This document shows positions 6,326-15,488 of a stretch of DNA of 32,000 bases, piece after piece. Position 1 is the stretch's first letter; every line of letters begins with the position of its first letter. This DNA is from Halogeometricum borinquense DSM 11551 (lineage in GTDB: Archaea; Halobacteriota; Halobacteria; Halobacteriales; Haloferacaceae): NCBI RefSeq assembly GCF_000172995.2, contig NC_014729.1, forward strand, positions 600,001-632,000, written 5' to 3'. Position numbers and translations under genes: made by a program. The notes under the pieces are model-generated. The model saw nothing but the letters and a program-made list of their open reading frames with translations. It was not told the origin of the DNA and did no database searches.

Positions 6326-8848
6326 TCAGTCGTGGTGTTCGTCGCCCTCTTGATTGCCGCCGTCAGTCGTGGCGTTCGCCGCCTCGGAGTCAGCACTCTC
6401 GTCTGCCCTGTCCGCCTCATCTACCGCCTCCGTTTTTGACTCCGAGTCGTCGGTCGCCTCGTCTCTCGGATCCGTTTCTGGCGTTGTACCGCCCGTCTCC
6501 TCATCTATCGCGTTCGTCTCCGATTCCGCCTCGTCTGTCTCAGAGCCACCGTTTTCGTCCGTCTGGCGCTCCGAGTCGTCCGTCTCAGGCGTCGTCTCCG
6601 CTGCGGACGTATCCACCGCATCAGTCTCGCTCCCATGGTCGCCATCCGCCGACAGTACGTCGTCGCTCACGGTGAACGTCTCGACGCGTTCAGCCAAGAC
6701 TTGCGTCTGTTCGGCTAACTCGTCTACCTCGTCGGCGACGGTTTCGAGCGAGGCCGTCTGTTGCTGTGCTGCGGCGGCGACCTGCTCGGACTCGCTGTGC
6801 GTCTGCGCGGCGATGCTTGCGGCGTCATCGATGCGCTCTGCGGCCTGTTGGGTCGCAGTCGCCTGTGAGTCGGTCGCTTCGTCAATCGAGTGAACGCCGT
6901 GGTCAACGTCCTCGACGATGTCCACTGCCTCACGGATGGCATCGACGCCGCCGTCAATCGTCTCCGCGCCGGATTCAACCGACGACTGCATCTCGTCCAT
7001 CTCCTCGACCGCTTCGGTCGTCGCGCGCCGGACCGACTCGATGGAGTCGCCGATGTCGTCAGTGGCCGCGGCGGTCTCCTCTGCGAGTTGTTTCACCTCG
7101 TTAGCGACGACCGCGAAGCCCTCGCCGGCCTCGCCTGCACGGGATGCTTCGATAGAGGCGTTCAGCGCGAGGATGTTGGTCTGTTCTGCGATGTCGTCAA
7201 TGAGATCAACAACCGACGCGATGTCCGACACTTCCTCATCGAGTCGTGACACACGCGCGGTGACAGTTTCCGCTTGGTCGGCTATCTCGGCCATCTCCTG
7301 ACCGACGGCCATCGCCGCCTCGCGGCCCTCATCTCCTCGTTCGGCCGCCCGCTTCGACAGCGTCGAGAGTTCGTCCGCCTGTGCTGCGATCTCCTCGACA
7401 GTCGCCGAGAGGTCGGCCGTCTGGTCGGAGACCGCCTGCAACGTGTCGAGTTGGTCCGCCGCACCCGAGGTAATCTCTTGCGTGGACCGACTCACTTGCT
7501 GGCTGGCGTTCGAAACTTCGTCTGTGCCGACGCCGACGCGTTCGGACGCTGCGGCCGCACGCTCGGCGAACGCTCCGACCTCGGCAACCGTTTCCTCCCA
7601 CTCGTCCATCATGCGGTTGAACCGACGACCGATTTCGGCCATGGCTTCGGCGTCGCCTGCGGCGTCGGGGTCCATCCGTGCGGTCAGGTCGCCCGCAGCG
7701 GCTTGGTCCATCGTCTCGCCGTACTCGTCAGCAGCGCGTTCGAGCGTCGCGGCCGTTTCTTCGGACTCCTCGATACGACGCTGAAGTGTGTCCCGCATCT
7801 CGGCGAACGAGTTGTAGAGCGTGCCGAACTCGTCCACTCGGCGCGATGAGAGATCGACATCCATATCGCCGTCGGCGAGTCGTTCGGCGCGTTTCCGGAG
7901 GCGACGGAGTGAAACGACTGTACTCCGACCGAGCGTCAGTCCCATCAGAATGAATCCCGCGACAGCGGTTCCGATGAGGACGGTTAGGTGGTTTTGAACC
8001 TGCGTGAGAAGCGTGAAGACGTTCTCTCGCGGCGCTTGGACGAGGACGTACCAGTCGGTCCCTTTCACGGGGGCGTAAGCGACGACTTGCTCGTCGGCGG
8101 CGCGTTCGACGACGCCGCTCTTGTCGTCCGTAGCGGCGACTGCGGCATCGAGACCGGGCGTGTCGTCGCCGTCGCGGTACGCCGTCAGGACGTTCTTGCC
8201 GTAGCGATCAAACAGCACTGTTCCGTCCTCGCGGACGACTTGTGTGTGCGAGCGTTCGACCGGTTCCCTGAACGCTTTCGCGTGTTGCGTCGCGTCCGTG
8301 ATGAGCAACACTGCGCGGTCGGTGCCGGGAACCGGACTGGCGAAGGCGACGAGTTGGAGACCGCCGTTTCGGTACACCTCGCTCACGGCTACGTCGGTCG
8401 ATTGGGAGAAGTCGAGTTCGCCGCTTTGCCACGTGATATCCACGTCGTCGAGCGACTTCGTTTCCATCTCACCGGCGGTACTACGTACAACGTCGCCCGT
8501 CTCTAAATCGACGTAGTGGATGGCATATACGTCGCTTGGCAACTGTCCATGCTCACGCAAGAGTGACTGGTCTACGCTATCGGGGTCGTCGGACTGGAGT
8601 CCCCGATGTTCCGAGAGCATCCGCGCTCGTTGCTCGTTCGTGTCCACCCACTCGTTGAGATTCTCAGCTTCGAGTTCTGCGATTGTTCGTAACTCATCGT
8701 GCTTCTCCGAGGCCAGTTCCCCGCTCACCTGCTCTTCCGTATACAACCCCACCCCGACCATCGACGCGAGGAGAACGGCGAGGACGAGGACGTACTTCCG
8801 GAAGTAACTCTTCCGAAAGAACGTGGGAAAAACGCCCAGTCTTTTCAT
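6326..8848 (-). CDS. methyl-accepting chemotaxis protein / halobacterial transducer (840 aa): TM, Cache-like extracellular domain, TM, HAMP, MCP signalling domain, 112-aa acidic tail
   Basis: ATG at 8848. The N-terminal TM is [18 protein letters not shown] and the second TM is [19 protein letters not shown], followed by a HAMP-like region ([18 protein letters not shown]...[13 protein letters not shown]). The highly conserved MCP hairpin core [39 protein letters not shown] is present. A TATA box is correctly spaced for a leaderless mRNA. Confidence 0.9.
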   Translation of the reverse strand: MKRLGVFPTFFRKSYFRKYVLVLAVLLASMVGVGLYTEEQVSGELASEKHDELRTIAELEAENLNEWVDTNEQRARMLSEHRGLQSDDPDSVDQSLLREHGQLPSDVYAIHYVDLETGDVVRSTAGEMETKSLDDVDITWQSGELDFSQSTDVAVSEVYRNGGLQLVAFASPVPGTDRAVLLITDATQHAKAFREPVERSHTQVVREDGTVLFDRYGKNVLTAYRDGDDTPGLDAAVAATDDKSGVVERAADEQVVAYAPVKGTDWYVLVQAPRENVFTLLTQVQNHLTVLIGTAVAGFILMGLTLGRSTVVSLRRLRKRAERLADGDMDVDLSSRRVDEFGTLYNSFAEMRDTLQRRIEESEETAATLERAADEYGETMDQAAAGDLTARMDPDAAGDAEAMAEIGRRFNRMMDEWEETVAEVGAFAERAAAASERVGVGTDEVSNASQQVSRSTQEITSGAADQLDTLQAVSDQTADLSATVEEIAAQADELSTLSKRAAERGDEGREAAMAVGQEMAEIADQAETVTARVSRLDEEVSDIASVVDLIDDIAEQTNILALNASIEASRAGEAGEGFAVVANEVKQLAEETAAATDDIGDSIESVRRATTEAVEEMDEMQSSVESGAETIDGGVDAIREAVDIVEDVDHGVHSIDEATDSQATATQQAAERIDDAASIAAQTHSESEQVAAAAQQQTASLETVADEVDELAEQTQVLAERVETFTVSDDVLSADGDHGSETDAVDTSAAETTPETDDSERQTDENGGSETDEAESETNAIDEETGGTTPETDPRDEATDDSESKTEAVDEADRADESADSEAANATTDGGNQEGDEHHD

Positions 8849-8871
8849 CGGCGTAGTGGTATTTACTACGC

Positions 8872-8877
8872 TATTTA
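8872..8877 (-). promoter_or_regulatory. TATA box (TAAATA) at -29..-24 relative to the transducer ATG; predicts a leaderless mRNA
   Basis: Plus-strand tattta at 8872..8877. A 7-bp inverted repeat, GCGTAGT/ACTACGC (8851..8871), lies between it and the ATG. Confidence 0.45.
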
Positions 8878-8935
8878 GTGGTTACCCAGAGAATATCAAA
8901 CTTGATAGCCATTCACATTCGATATACCGTCGCAA

Positions 8936-9121
8936 TCACGAGAATTCGCCGAGGGTGCCACCGACGAGGACGCCTGCCGCAATGAGCGACCCGACACCCG
9001 CCGCAAGATGGAGCGGAACAGCCGATATTGCCCCTAAAAGCGCGGCGGACAGGAGACTCACTCCCATCACGCCGAGGAGATAGTCAAACCGGGTCGGCTC
9101 GTCGGTAGGCATCACTGGCAT
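8936..9121 (-). CDS. small membrane protein (61 aa, 2 TM helices)
   Basis: ATG at 9121. The sequence is MPVMPTDEPTRFDYLLGVMGVSLLSAALLGAISAVPLHLAAGVGSLIAAGVLVGGTLGEFS. It is on the same strand as the transducer and immediately upstream of it. Confidence 0.45.
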   Translation of the reverse strand: MPVMPTDEPTRFDYLLGVMGVSLLSAALLGAISAVPLHLAAGVGSLIAAGVLVGGTLGEFS

Positions 9122-9161
9122 GGGGTGTAATTAGATATAATTAGCCAATCGGGTATAAGTT

Positions 9162-10070
9162 ATGGGCGAGGCGGCATTCGCGGAGAGACCATACGGACCT
9201 ATGCCGAAACATCTGATTGGTTTCGAGCAGATGCCCTCCAGACGCGACGTACTCGGTTTTGGTAGTGTGACGCTCGCTCTCCTTGCCGGTTGTACCAGCG
9301 GATCGCCCTTCGGCGGCGACACACAACAGTCACCGAGCGGAACCGAACCGGCCGAGACGACGACACCGACGTCCGCACCTCACGTACAGGTGGGTTCTGT
9401 TTCGGTCGCTCCATCTCTCGTGTCGATGAACTCACCGGACTCTATCGGTACCTACGGCGACCGAGACAAGCAGTTCGTGATCGCACGCATCGAGATGGAC
9501 GAGCAGACAAAACGAGACCGCGAGGCAGTCTCTGTGGCGACGGACGGAGAGACGTACGACTCTACGCCGGTCCGCGATGTAGTCCGGCATCGGTCACTTT
9601 GGGGAGTCGATTCCTCCGCTGACCAGTCGATAGACGACTTCGTACTCTTTCGCGTCCCCAAACCGCTCGACGCTGAGTCCGCCACAATCCAGTGGTCGAA
9701 CGGCGAACACCGACTGAACGACGAACAAGTGTCCCGATTGAACCGTCCGCCGACGACGTTCGAGGTTCGGGAGTTCTCCGCGCCCGACACTGTCACCAGC
9801 GGAACGGAGTCCACGCTGACGCTGACCGTCGAGAACGTGGGTTCGGCGGACGGGACGTTTGTTGCCGGACTCAACCGTTCCGGACCACAAACCGCGTACA
9901 TGCCAACTACGGCGATTTCGATTGAGGTGGACGCGGGTGCGACAGCCACGTGGACGCATTCGTACACGCCGCCTGTGGTCTCACGCGATGGTGACATCTC
10001 GTTCCAGTTCGTGATGAACTGGCGCGACGGCGACGAACGCGCGAGTGTGGGTCTCGAACCGAACGAATAG
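9162..10070 (+). CDS. Tat-secreted lipoprotein with two predicted beta-sandwich-like domains (302 aa), function unknown
   Basis: The twin-arginine motif SRRDVLGFG is followed by the lipobox LLAGC and a Thr/Pro/Ser-rich linker (QQSPSGTEPAETTTPTSAP). The ATG at 9162 has GATATAAT (9134..9141) about 27 nt upstream. Alternative ATG starts lie at 9201 and 9231. Confidence 0.7.
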   Translation: MGEAAFAERPYGPMPKHLIGFEQMPSRRDVLGFGSVTLALLAGCTSGSPFGGDTQQSPSGTEPAETTTPTSAPHVQVGSVSVAPSLVSMNSPDSIGTYGDRDKQFVIARIEMDEQTKRDREAVSVATDGETYDSTPVRDVVRHRSLWGVDSSADQSIDDFVLFRVPKPLDAESATIQWSNGEHRLNDEQVSRLNRPPTTFEVREFSAPDTVTSGTESTLTLTVENVGSADGTFVAGLNRSGPQTAYMPTTAISIEVDAGATATWTHSYTPPVVSRDGDISFQFVMNWRDGDERASVGLEPNE

Positions 10071-10117
10071 CGGAAGCGAGATGCGGCAAATACTGAGAAA
10101 AATTGCGGCACGTACCG

Positions 10118-10145
10118 AGGAGAGTGCGGGGGATGGGATTCGAAC
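10118..10145 (-). repeat. 28-bp exact duplicate of the tRNA-Leu 3' end plus 7 nt of its 3' flank (att-like fragment)
   Basis: aggagagtgcgggggatgggattcgaac at 10118..10145 matches 10219..10246 at 28 of 28 positions. It covers the T-loop, the 3' T-stem, the 3' acceptor strand and the discriminator. No 5' half of a tRNA accompanies it. Confidence 0.8.
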
Positions 10146-10225
10146 TTCCGTGAGACAAACCGCGTCTCACGACGTTCGAGCCCATCCGTAACCCGTCACT
10201 GCTCACTGTCGTTCGCAAAGGAGAG

Positions 10226-10310
10226 TGCGGGGGATGGGATTCGAACCCATGAACTCCTACGAGAGCGGATCTTAAGTCCGCCGCCTTTGGCCTAGCTCAG
10301 CCACCCCCGC
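10226..10310 (-). tRNA. tRNA-Leu (anticodon UAA), 85 nt, long variable arm, CCA not encoded
   Basis: The reverse complement is GCGGGGGTGGCTGAGCTAGGCCAAAGGCGGCGGACTTAAGATCCGCTCTCGTAGGAGTTCATGGGTTCGAATCCCATCCCCCGCA. Acceptor stem is GCGGGGG/CCCCCGC. Anticodon stem is GCGGA/TCCGC with loop CTTAAGA. T arm is ATGGG-TTCGAAT-CCCAT. The extra arm is class II. Confidence 0.9.
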
Positions 10311-10453
10311 TCACATCCGGATTCATCACTGTCACCCATGACGGTTTCGCTTCGTCCCCGCGATTCGGTGGCACCACTCGTGCGTCGTAGATGCCGGATA
10401 TTCTCTCGCCCGACGCTAGTCATATACCCCACCATCTGCTACCCGGTGAGAGC

Positions 10454-12085
10454 ATGACCGCTGAGAAACGCAGTCCGTCCAGACGACGAGTACTCCAAGC
10501 TATCGGTGCAACCGGCGTCGCGGGACTCGCCGGATGCACCGCTAGCAGCGGGGGCGACGGGACGGACGCGGTAGATGAGGGGGACGCGGCGGCGTCCAAT
10601 TCGAGCGGAAAGACGTTCTATTTCGCCCAAGCGAAGTCACCGCTCAATTTCGATCCGCTGAAGGCGAACGATATTCCATCTCTCCAAGTTGTCGAACGCC
10701 TTTTCGATTCGCTCTACACCTACGAGCAGGGGACGACGTTGACACCGCAACTAGCAAACGGCGATCCCGAGGTCAGCAAATCGGGGCAACGGTACGTCGT
10801 CTCGCTGAAAGACGGCATCACGTTCCACAACGGCGACCCGATCACCGCCGAGGACGTGAAGTACTCCTACCTCGCGCCGGCCCGCGAGGAGACGGAAAAC
10901 GGCTCGGAGTTCACGATGATCGATACAATCTCCATCGTGGACGACAAGACGGTGCAGTTCGATCTCAAATACCCGTTCGGGCCGTTTAAACACTCCCTCG
11001 CGTGGTCGCCCGTGCCGAAGTCCGTTCGTGAGGCGGATAAAAAGGCATTCAACACCTCGAACCCCGTCGGAAGCGGTCCCTTCGAGTTCGACGAGTGGCA
11101 GCAGGGCAGTTTCGTCCGCATGCAACGACACGACGACTACTGGGGCGAGAACGGATCGAATATCGAGACGCTCGTATTTACGCCGGTCAAGGAGCCGACG
11201 ACCCGCATCACGACGCTCCGAAACGGCGAGAATCACGCCGTGCAGACGGTCCCGCCGAAGCTGTACTCTACCGTCGAGGGAATCGAAGAAGCAAGCGTCA
11301 CAGAGCAAACCGGGCTTGGATACTTCTATCTCGCATTCAACTGTAACGAGGGGCCGACGACGGACAAGAAAGTTCGTGAGGCAATCGACTACGCTATCTC
11401 GCTAGACGAGGCGGTAAATCGGTACGTCGAACCCGCTGGCACCCGAATGACGAGTCCGCTCCCGCAGACTCTCATCGATTCGTGGGGCTTCCCCGGGGAG
11501 AAGTGGGACCAGATTCCGCACGAGAAAGATCAGGAGATGGCTCGACAACTGCTTGACGAAGCGGGTGTCTCCAAAGACTACGACTGGACGATCATCGTCC
11601 CGCCGGACAAAAAGCGCGAGCAGATCGGTATCAGCGTCTCGAACGCCCTCAAGAGTCTCGGCTTCTCGAACGCCTCGGTTCAACGACTCGACTGGGGTGC
11701 GTTCCTCGACAAATACGCCACCGGCAAGGAGTCGGACTACAATATGTACGCGCTCGGGTGGTTGGATGAAGTGGATCCCGACGGATATCTCTACTATCTG
11801 TTCCACGAGTCCGAGGAAGCTTCGACCAACGGCTGTTACTACCGGAACGACGAGGTCATGTCCCAACTCGATGCAGCACGTCGGTCACCGGACCGCGAGG
11901 AGCGCAAACGGTTGTACACCGAGGCGATCACGACGCTTCTCGAAGACCGTGCGCATCTTCCGGTATACAACCTCAAGAACAGTTTCGGCGTCCGGACCGA
12001 AGTTGAGGGGTTCCGCCCCCACACCGTCTCGGGTATCAACCCGCGCATGACCGGTCCCCTCGGGTCGGTCACGCTGAACAACTGA
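10454..12085 (+). CDS. ABC transporter substrate-binding lipoprotein, family 5 (peptide/nickel/opine type), Tat signal (543 aa)
   Basis: The ATG at 10454 gives MTAEKRSPSRRRVLQAIGATGVAGLAGC (twin-arginine plus lipobox). The body is typical of SBP family 5 (TFHNGDPITAEDVKYSY, GSGPFEFDEWQQGSFVRMQRHDDYWG). A TATA-like CATATAC lies about 30 nt upstream. No permease or ATPase genes are adjacent. Confidence 0.8.
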   Translation: MTAEKRSPSRRRVLQAIGATGVAGLAGCTASSGGDGTDAVDEGDAAASNSSGKTFYFAQAKSPLNFDPLKANDIPSLQVVERLFDSLYTYEQGTTLTPQLANGDPEVSKSGQRYVVSLKDGITFHNGDPITAEDVKYSYLAPAREETENGSEFTMIDTISIVDDKTVQFDLKYPFGPFKHSLAWSPVPKSVREADKKAFNTSNPVGSGPFEFDEWQQGSFVRMQRHDDYWGENGSNIETLVFTPVKEPTTRITTLRNGENHAVQTVPPKLYSTVEGIEEASVTEQTGLGYFYLAFNCNEGPTTDKKVREAIDYAISLDEAVNRYVEPAGTRMTSPLPQTLIDSWGFPGEKWDQIPHEKDQEMARQLLDEAGVSKDYDWTIIVPPDKKREQIGISVSNALKSLGFSNASVQRLDWGAFLDKYATGKESDYNMYALGWLDEVDPDGYLYYLFHESEEASTNGCYYRNDEVMSQLDAARRSPDREERKRLYTEAITTLLEDRAHLPVYNLKNSFGVRTEVEGFRPHTVSGINPRMTGPLGSVTLNN

Positions 12086-12091
12086 CTGAGA

Positions 12092-12445
12092 CTACCAATC
12101 GACGCTGAGCGTCCCGTCGCCGTTCGGATCGGGGGAGATTTCCTCGTCGGCGCGTCTGTCGATGACGTGGATGACGCCTCTGTCCTTCTTCGCCGGACAC
12201 ACCTCGGCGGCGCGTACGTTCTCTTCTAACTCGTCTTCGTCGAAGTAGTACGATTTCGGCCGCGCCAACCCCGAGGCGATATCCATCTCCCAGTTGTCCG
12301 CGACCTCGGCGCACTTGCCCGCGCCGAAGCACTTGTTCGCCTCGAAGATGATTTTGTACGGCTTCTCATCTACGGGCGGCGCGTTCGCCTCATCGCCCAC
12401 CTCACTCGGACGGAGTGGCCCGTCCGATTCCTCGGACTCGCTCAT
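12092..12445 (-). CDS. small acidic ferredoxin-like protein (single Fe-S cluster type), 117 aa
   Basis: ATG at 12445. The cysteine pattern NKCFGAGKCAEVADNW...AAEVCPAKKD resembles single-cluster ferredoxin domains. The N-terminal extension is acidic. Confidence 0.55.
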   Translation of the reverse strand: MSESEESDGPLRPSEVGDEANAPPVDEKPYKIIFEANKCFGAGKCAEVADNWEMDIASGLARPKSYYFDEDELEENVRAAEVCPAKKDRGVIHVIDRRADEEISPDPNGDGTLSVDW

Positions 12446-12540
12446 CGCTTCCCCCTAGCGGTAGCGCGGACTTTGCGCTGTCGGTTGGAGCATCGAAAAG
12501 TAATTCGCTCGTCGCGTCGATCCCGCGTCGGTGATCGCGT

Positions 12541-13053
12541 CTATCGGTCGATATCGATAGACTCGATTTCGACGTCCTTCATCGGCTTGTCGTTGCGGTC
12601 GGTCGGAAGCGAGCCGATTTCCTCGACAACGTCCATCCCTTCGACGACCTCACCGAAGACGGCGTGACGGTCGTCGAGGTGGGGTTGTGCGCCGAGTGTG
12701 ATGAAGAACTGCGACCCGTTCGTGTCGGGACCGCGGTTCGCCATCGAGAGTTTCCCCGCGCTGTCGTGACGGAGTTCGTCGTGGAACTCGTCATCGAACG
12801 TGTAGCCCGGGCCGCCGCGGCCGGTTCCCTCGGGGTCTCCGCCCTGAATCATGAAGTCGTCAATGATACGGTGGAAGATTGTACCCTCGTACAGCGAGTC
12901 GGTTCGCGTCTCGCCCGTCTCCGGGTCCTCCCACTCCTTCTCGCCCGTCGCCAGGTCGATGAAGTTCTCGACCGTTCGCGGCGCGCGCTCTTCGAACAGT
13001 TCGACCGTGATGTCGCCTCGGGTGGTGTGGAGCGTGGCAGTCGGATTGCTCAT
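12541..13053 (-). CDS. cyclophilin-type peptidyl-prolyl cis-trans isomerase (170 aa)
   Basis: ATG at 13053. The cyclophilin signature blocks are present: [52 protein letters not shown] and [14 protein letters not shown]. Confidence 0.9.
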   Translation of the reverse strand: MSNPTATLHTTRGDITVELFEERAPRTVENFIDLATGEKEWEDPETGETRTDSLYEGTIFHRIIDDFMIQGGDPEGTGRGGPGYTFDDEFHDELRHDSAGKLSMANRGPDTNGSQFFITLGAQPHLDDRHAVFGEVVEGMDVVEEIGSLPTDRNDKPMKDVEIESIDIDR

Positions 13054-13207
13054 ACGTCTCCCGATGGGGTGTGGGGTGAAAACGTTGGTGAGTCGGGCGT
13101 CTTCGGCACTTCATTTCGCCGCTGCCCAAACGGTGTTCGTCGGTGGTCCCACCAGCGCCCCTTCCGCTGCCCGTAGCTACTAACCCCGCCGTGGCAAAAC
13201 GCCGAGT

Positions 13208-14182
13208 ATGCACACCGCCAAGACACTCACACTCGCGCGCTTGCCCTCCGGCATGCCTGTCGAGACCACGGTCCACACGTACGGAGACGGTACTGGTCCT
13301 ACAGTCTACGTACAAGCCGCACAACACGGCCGCGAAATAAACGGGACCGAGGTCATCCGTCGGATCCACGAACGACTGGACTCCGACGACCTGTCGGGGA
13401 CGCTCGTCACTGTTCCTGTCGCCGACCCGCTCACCTTCGACCGCGTTTCGTACACGACGCCCGAATCGCTCGATGCGGTCCACTCGAACATGAACCGCGT
13501 CTGGCCGGGCGACGAGGAGGGGTCGTTACACGAGCGAATGGCCGCGGCTCTCTGGGAGTACGCGGGCGAGGCCGACTATATTGTAGACCTCCATACCGGC
13601 AGTCCGGAGATGCTGACGCACACCGTCTACCTCGACGGCGACGACGACTGTCGCCGCCTCGCGGAGGCGTTTGGGACGGAACTTCTTCTCGCGGAGGCGG
13701 CAGGGGACGACGCGGACACCGAGTGGTCCGAGCGCAACTTCGGTGGGAAGCTCCGTGTCGCCGCCACACGAGCGGGAATTCCGTCTATCACGCCCGAACT
13801 CGCGCATAACAAGCAGTTGGTCGAACCGGCCATCGAGACGGGTGTTCGCGGCGTGTTCAACGTCCTCCGCGAAGTCGAGATGCTCTCGGGCGACCCCGAG
13901 ATCCCGGCCGAACAGACGACAGCGCGGAACCACCTCGGCCGCGTCAGCGCGGCCGAATCCGGTCTCTTTCATCCGGGACCGGACGCCGAACTCGGCCGCC
14001 AGGTCGAGGAAGGAGACCACCTCGGGCGCGTCTACCACCCGACGACGTACGAGGTGTTGCAGGAGGCGACCGCCGACCGGGCGGGCGTCATTTACTCGGT
14101 CTGCCGTGAGGCGACGGTGACTGCGGGACAGACCCTCGTCGGCGTGGCGATGCCCGCGGACGACGAGGAACCCGATCACTGA
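13208..14182 (+). CDS. succinylglutamate desuccinylase/aspartoacylase (AstE/AspA, M14-like) family zinc hydrolase (324 aa)
   Basis: ATG at 13208. The family pattern is present: an N-terminal LPSGMPVETTVHTY...VYVQAAQHGREINGTEV (HxxE zinc motif), DLHTGS, and a C-terminal beta domain. Confidence 0.7.
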   Translation: MHTAKTLTLARLPSGMPVETTVHTYGDGTGPTVYVQAAQHGREINGTEVIRRIHERLDSDDLSGTLVTVPVADPLTFDRVSYTTPESLDAVHSNMNRVWPGDEEGSLHERMAAALWEYAGEADYIVDLHTGSPEMLTHTVYLDGDDDCRRLAEAFGTELLLAEAAGDDADTEWSERNFGGKLRVAATRAGIPSITPELAHNKQLVEPAIETGVRGVFNVLREVEMLSGDPEIPAEQTTARNHLGRVSAAESGLFHPGPDAELGRQVEEGDHLGRVYHPTTYEVLQEATADRAGVIYSVCREATVTAGQTLVGVAMPADDEEPDH

Positions 14183-14194
14183 CTGGCGCTGAGG

Positions 14195-15466
14195 TCAGAG
14201 TCGAACTGCTAACCGCCGCACGGCCTCCTCGACGACGCCGACGGCGATGTCCAACGCCGCCTCGTCGATGTCGAAGTACGCGGTGTGGTGTCCTGCGGGG
14301 TTGCTCGCGCCGATTCCGATATACGAGGCGACGCCACCGTTCTCCTGCACTCGGCGGATGAGAAACGAGGCGTCTTCGCTCCCGCCGAACGGACTCCGCC
14401 CGCAGATTTGCGTTACTCCCTCGACCGTCTCCGCGGCGTCCATCACCGTCTCGACGACGAACCCGTCGTTTTCGAACGTCGTCGTCATGCCGTATAGACT
14501 CGTCTCGTACGCCACGTCGTGCATCCCAGCGGCGTGTTCGACGACGCGTTCGGCCTTCTGCATCATGTAGTCGTTCAGGTCGGCGTCCTCGCCGCGCACT
14601 TCGACGCGCATCTGTGCCTCCTCGCAGATGACGTTCTGCGCGTTGTCGGCGTGGACCTGCCCGACGTTGATTCGCGTCTTCCCGTCTGCGTGTCGTGGGA
14701 TGGCGTAGAGATTCTGGATGGCTGTCGTCATCGCTTGCAGGGCGTTTCGCCCCTCGTTCGGCGCGCCACCCGCATGGGCGGGTTCTCCCTCGAACGTCAC
14801 GTCCAACTTGGCGTTCGAGAGCGGGCGGTCGTAGCCGCCCACGACGGTCCCAGTCTCCTCGTCTAATCCGAGATGCAGAGCGAGGAGCGCGTCAACGTCG
14901 TCCACGTGAGTCGTCTCGCTCATCGGCTTGCCGCCGCGGCCGCCCTCTTCGGCCGGTTGGAAGAACAGTTTGAGCGTCCCGTCGAAGCCCTCGGCGTCGA
15001 ACGCGCGGGCGATGCCGATGCCGACAGCGGTGTGGCCGTCGTGTCCGCAGGCGTGCATCTCGTTCGGGTGTGTGCTGGCGAATCCTTCTCGTGCGGGTCG
15101 GTGGTCGTCGTCGGAGGCCTCTGACCGAGCGAGGGCGTCCATGTCCACGCGGACGCCGATTGTCGGCCCGTCGCCGTATCGCTTCTCGGCGACGAGGCCG
15201 GTCACATCACCGATTCGGTCCAGATACTCCTCGGGCGCGCCCTCTCGTTTTGCACGTTCGCGTGCCGCGGCTATCTCGTCGGCGGCGGGGACGCCGAGTC
15301 GTTCCTCGACGGTCACCGCGTCGCTCCCGAGAGCGAGGTCGAACCCGCGTTCGTCCAGTTCCTCGGCGACGAGTGCGGTCGTTCGGAACTCTTTCCACCC
15401 TTCCTCGGGGTGTCGGTGAAGGTCACGGCGAATCTCCGTGAGCGTCTCGTCCGCAAACTTCGTCAT
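14195..15466 (-). CDS. M20D-family amidohydrolase (N-acyl-amino-acid amidohydrolase / hippurate-hydrolase-like), 423 aa
   Basis: ATG at 15466. Motifs present are RRDLHRHPEEGWKEFRT, MHACGHDGHTA, FQPAEEGGRGG, and an inserted dimerisation domain. Confidence 0.8.
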   Translation of the reverse strand: MTKFADETLTEIRRDLHRHPEEGWKEFRTTALVAEELDERGFDLALGSDAVTVEERLGVPAADEIAAARERAKREGAPEEYLDRIGDVTGLVAEKRYGDGPTIGVRVDMDALARSEASDDDHRPAREGFASTHPNEMHACGHDGHTAVGIGIARAFDAEGFDGTLKLFFQPAEEGGRGGKPMSETTHVDDVDALLALHLGLDEETGTVVGGYDRPLSNAKLDVTFEGEPAHAGGAPNEGRNALQAMTTAIQNLYAIPRHADGKTRINVGQVHADNAQNVICEEAQMRVEVRGEDADLNDYMMQKAERVVEHAAGMHDVAYETSLYGMTTTFENDGFVVETVMDAAETVEGVTQICGRSPFGGSEDASFLIRRVQENGGVASYIGIGASNPAGHHTAYFDIDEAALDIAVGVVEEAVRRLAVRL

Positions 15467-15488
15467 ACCGGAGGCTTACGGCCTATCG

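Noticed and set aside
6073-6420. 115-aa minus-strand ORF downstream of the transducer, containing [12 protein letters not shown] similar to the transducer C-terminus
   Set aside because: The similarity is explained by the 37-bp duplication read in another frame. The ORF crosses the T5 terminator and the hairpin region and has no coding-like composition.
6354-6893. Ser/Ala/Val-rich 179-aa plus-strand ORF and several other ORFs inside 6326..8848
   Set aside because: These are antisense or off-frame readings of the low-complexity acidic tail and coiled-coil region of the transducer gene. The MCP frame has unmistakable conserved motifs.
10118-10218. Second tRNA gene or intron-containing tRNA next to tRNA-Leu
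   Set aside because: Only the T-loop and 3' acceptor half is present. There is no complementary GCGGGGG 5' strand, the 5' T-stem is not conserved, and the 7-nt loop of the nearby hairpin does not fit an anticodon loop (no U at position 33).
9162-12085. Integrated mobile element or provirus at the tRNA-Leu site
   Set aside because: There is no integrase, transposase, or phage or plasmid gene anywhere in the window, and the direct repeats enclose only 73 bp. I retained it only as a scar hypothesis in the findings.
12860-13483. 207-aa minus-strand ORF spanning the cyclophilin start and the AstE-family gene start
   Set aside because: It bridges two well-supported genes on different strands across their intergenic region. 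The sequence is Arg/Gly-rich with no motifs, so it is a shadow ORF.
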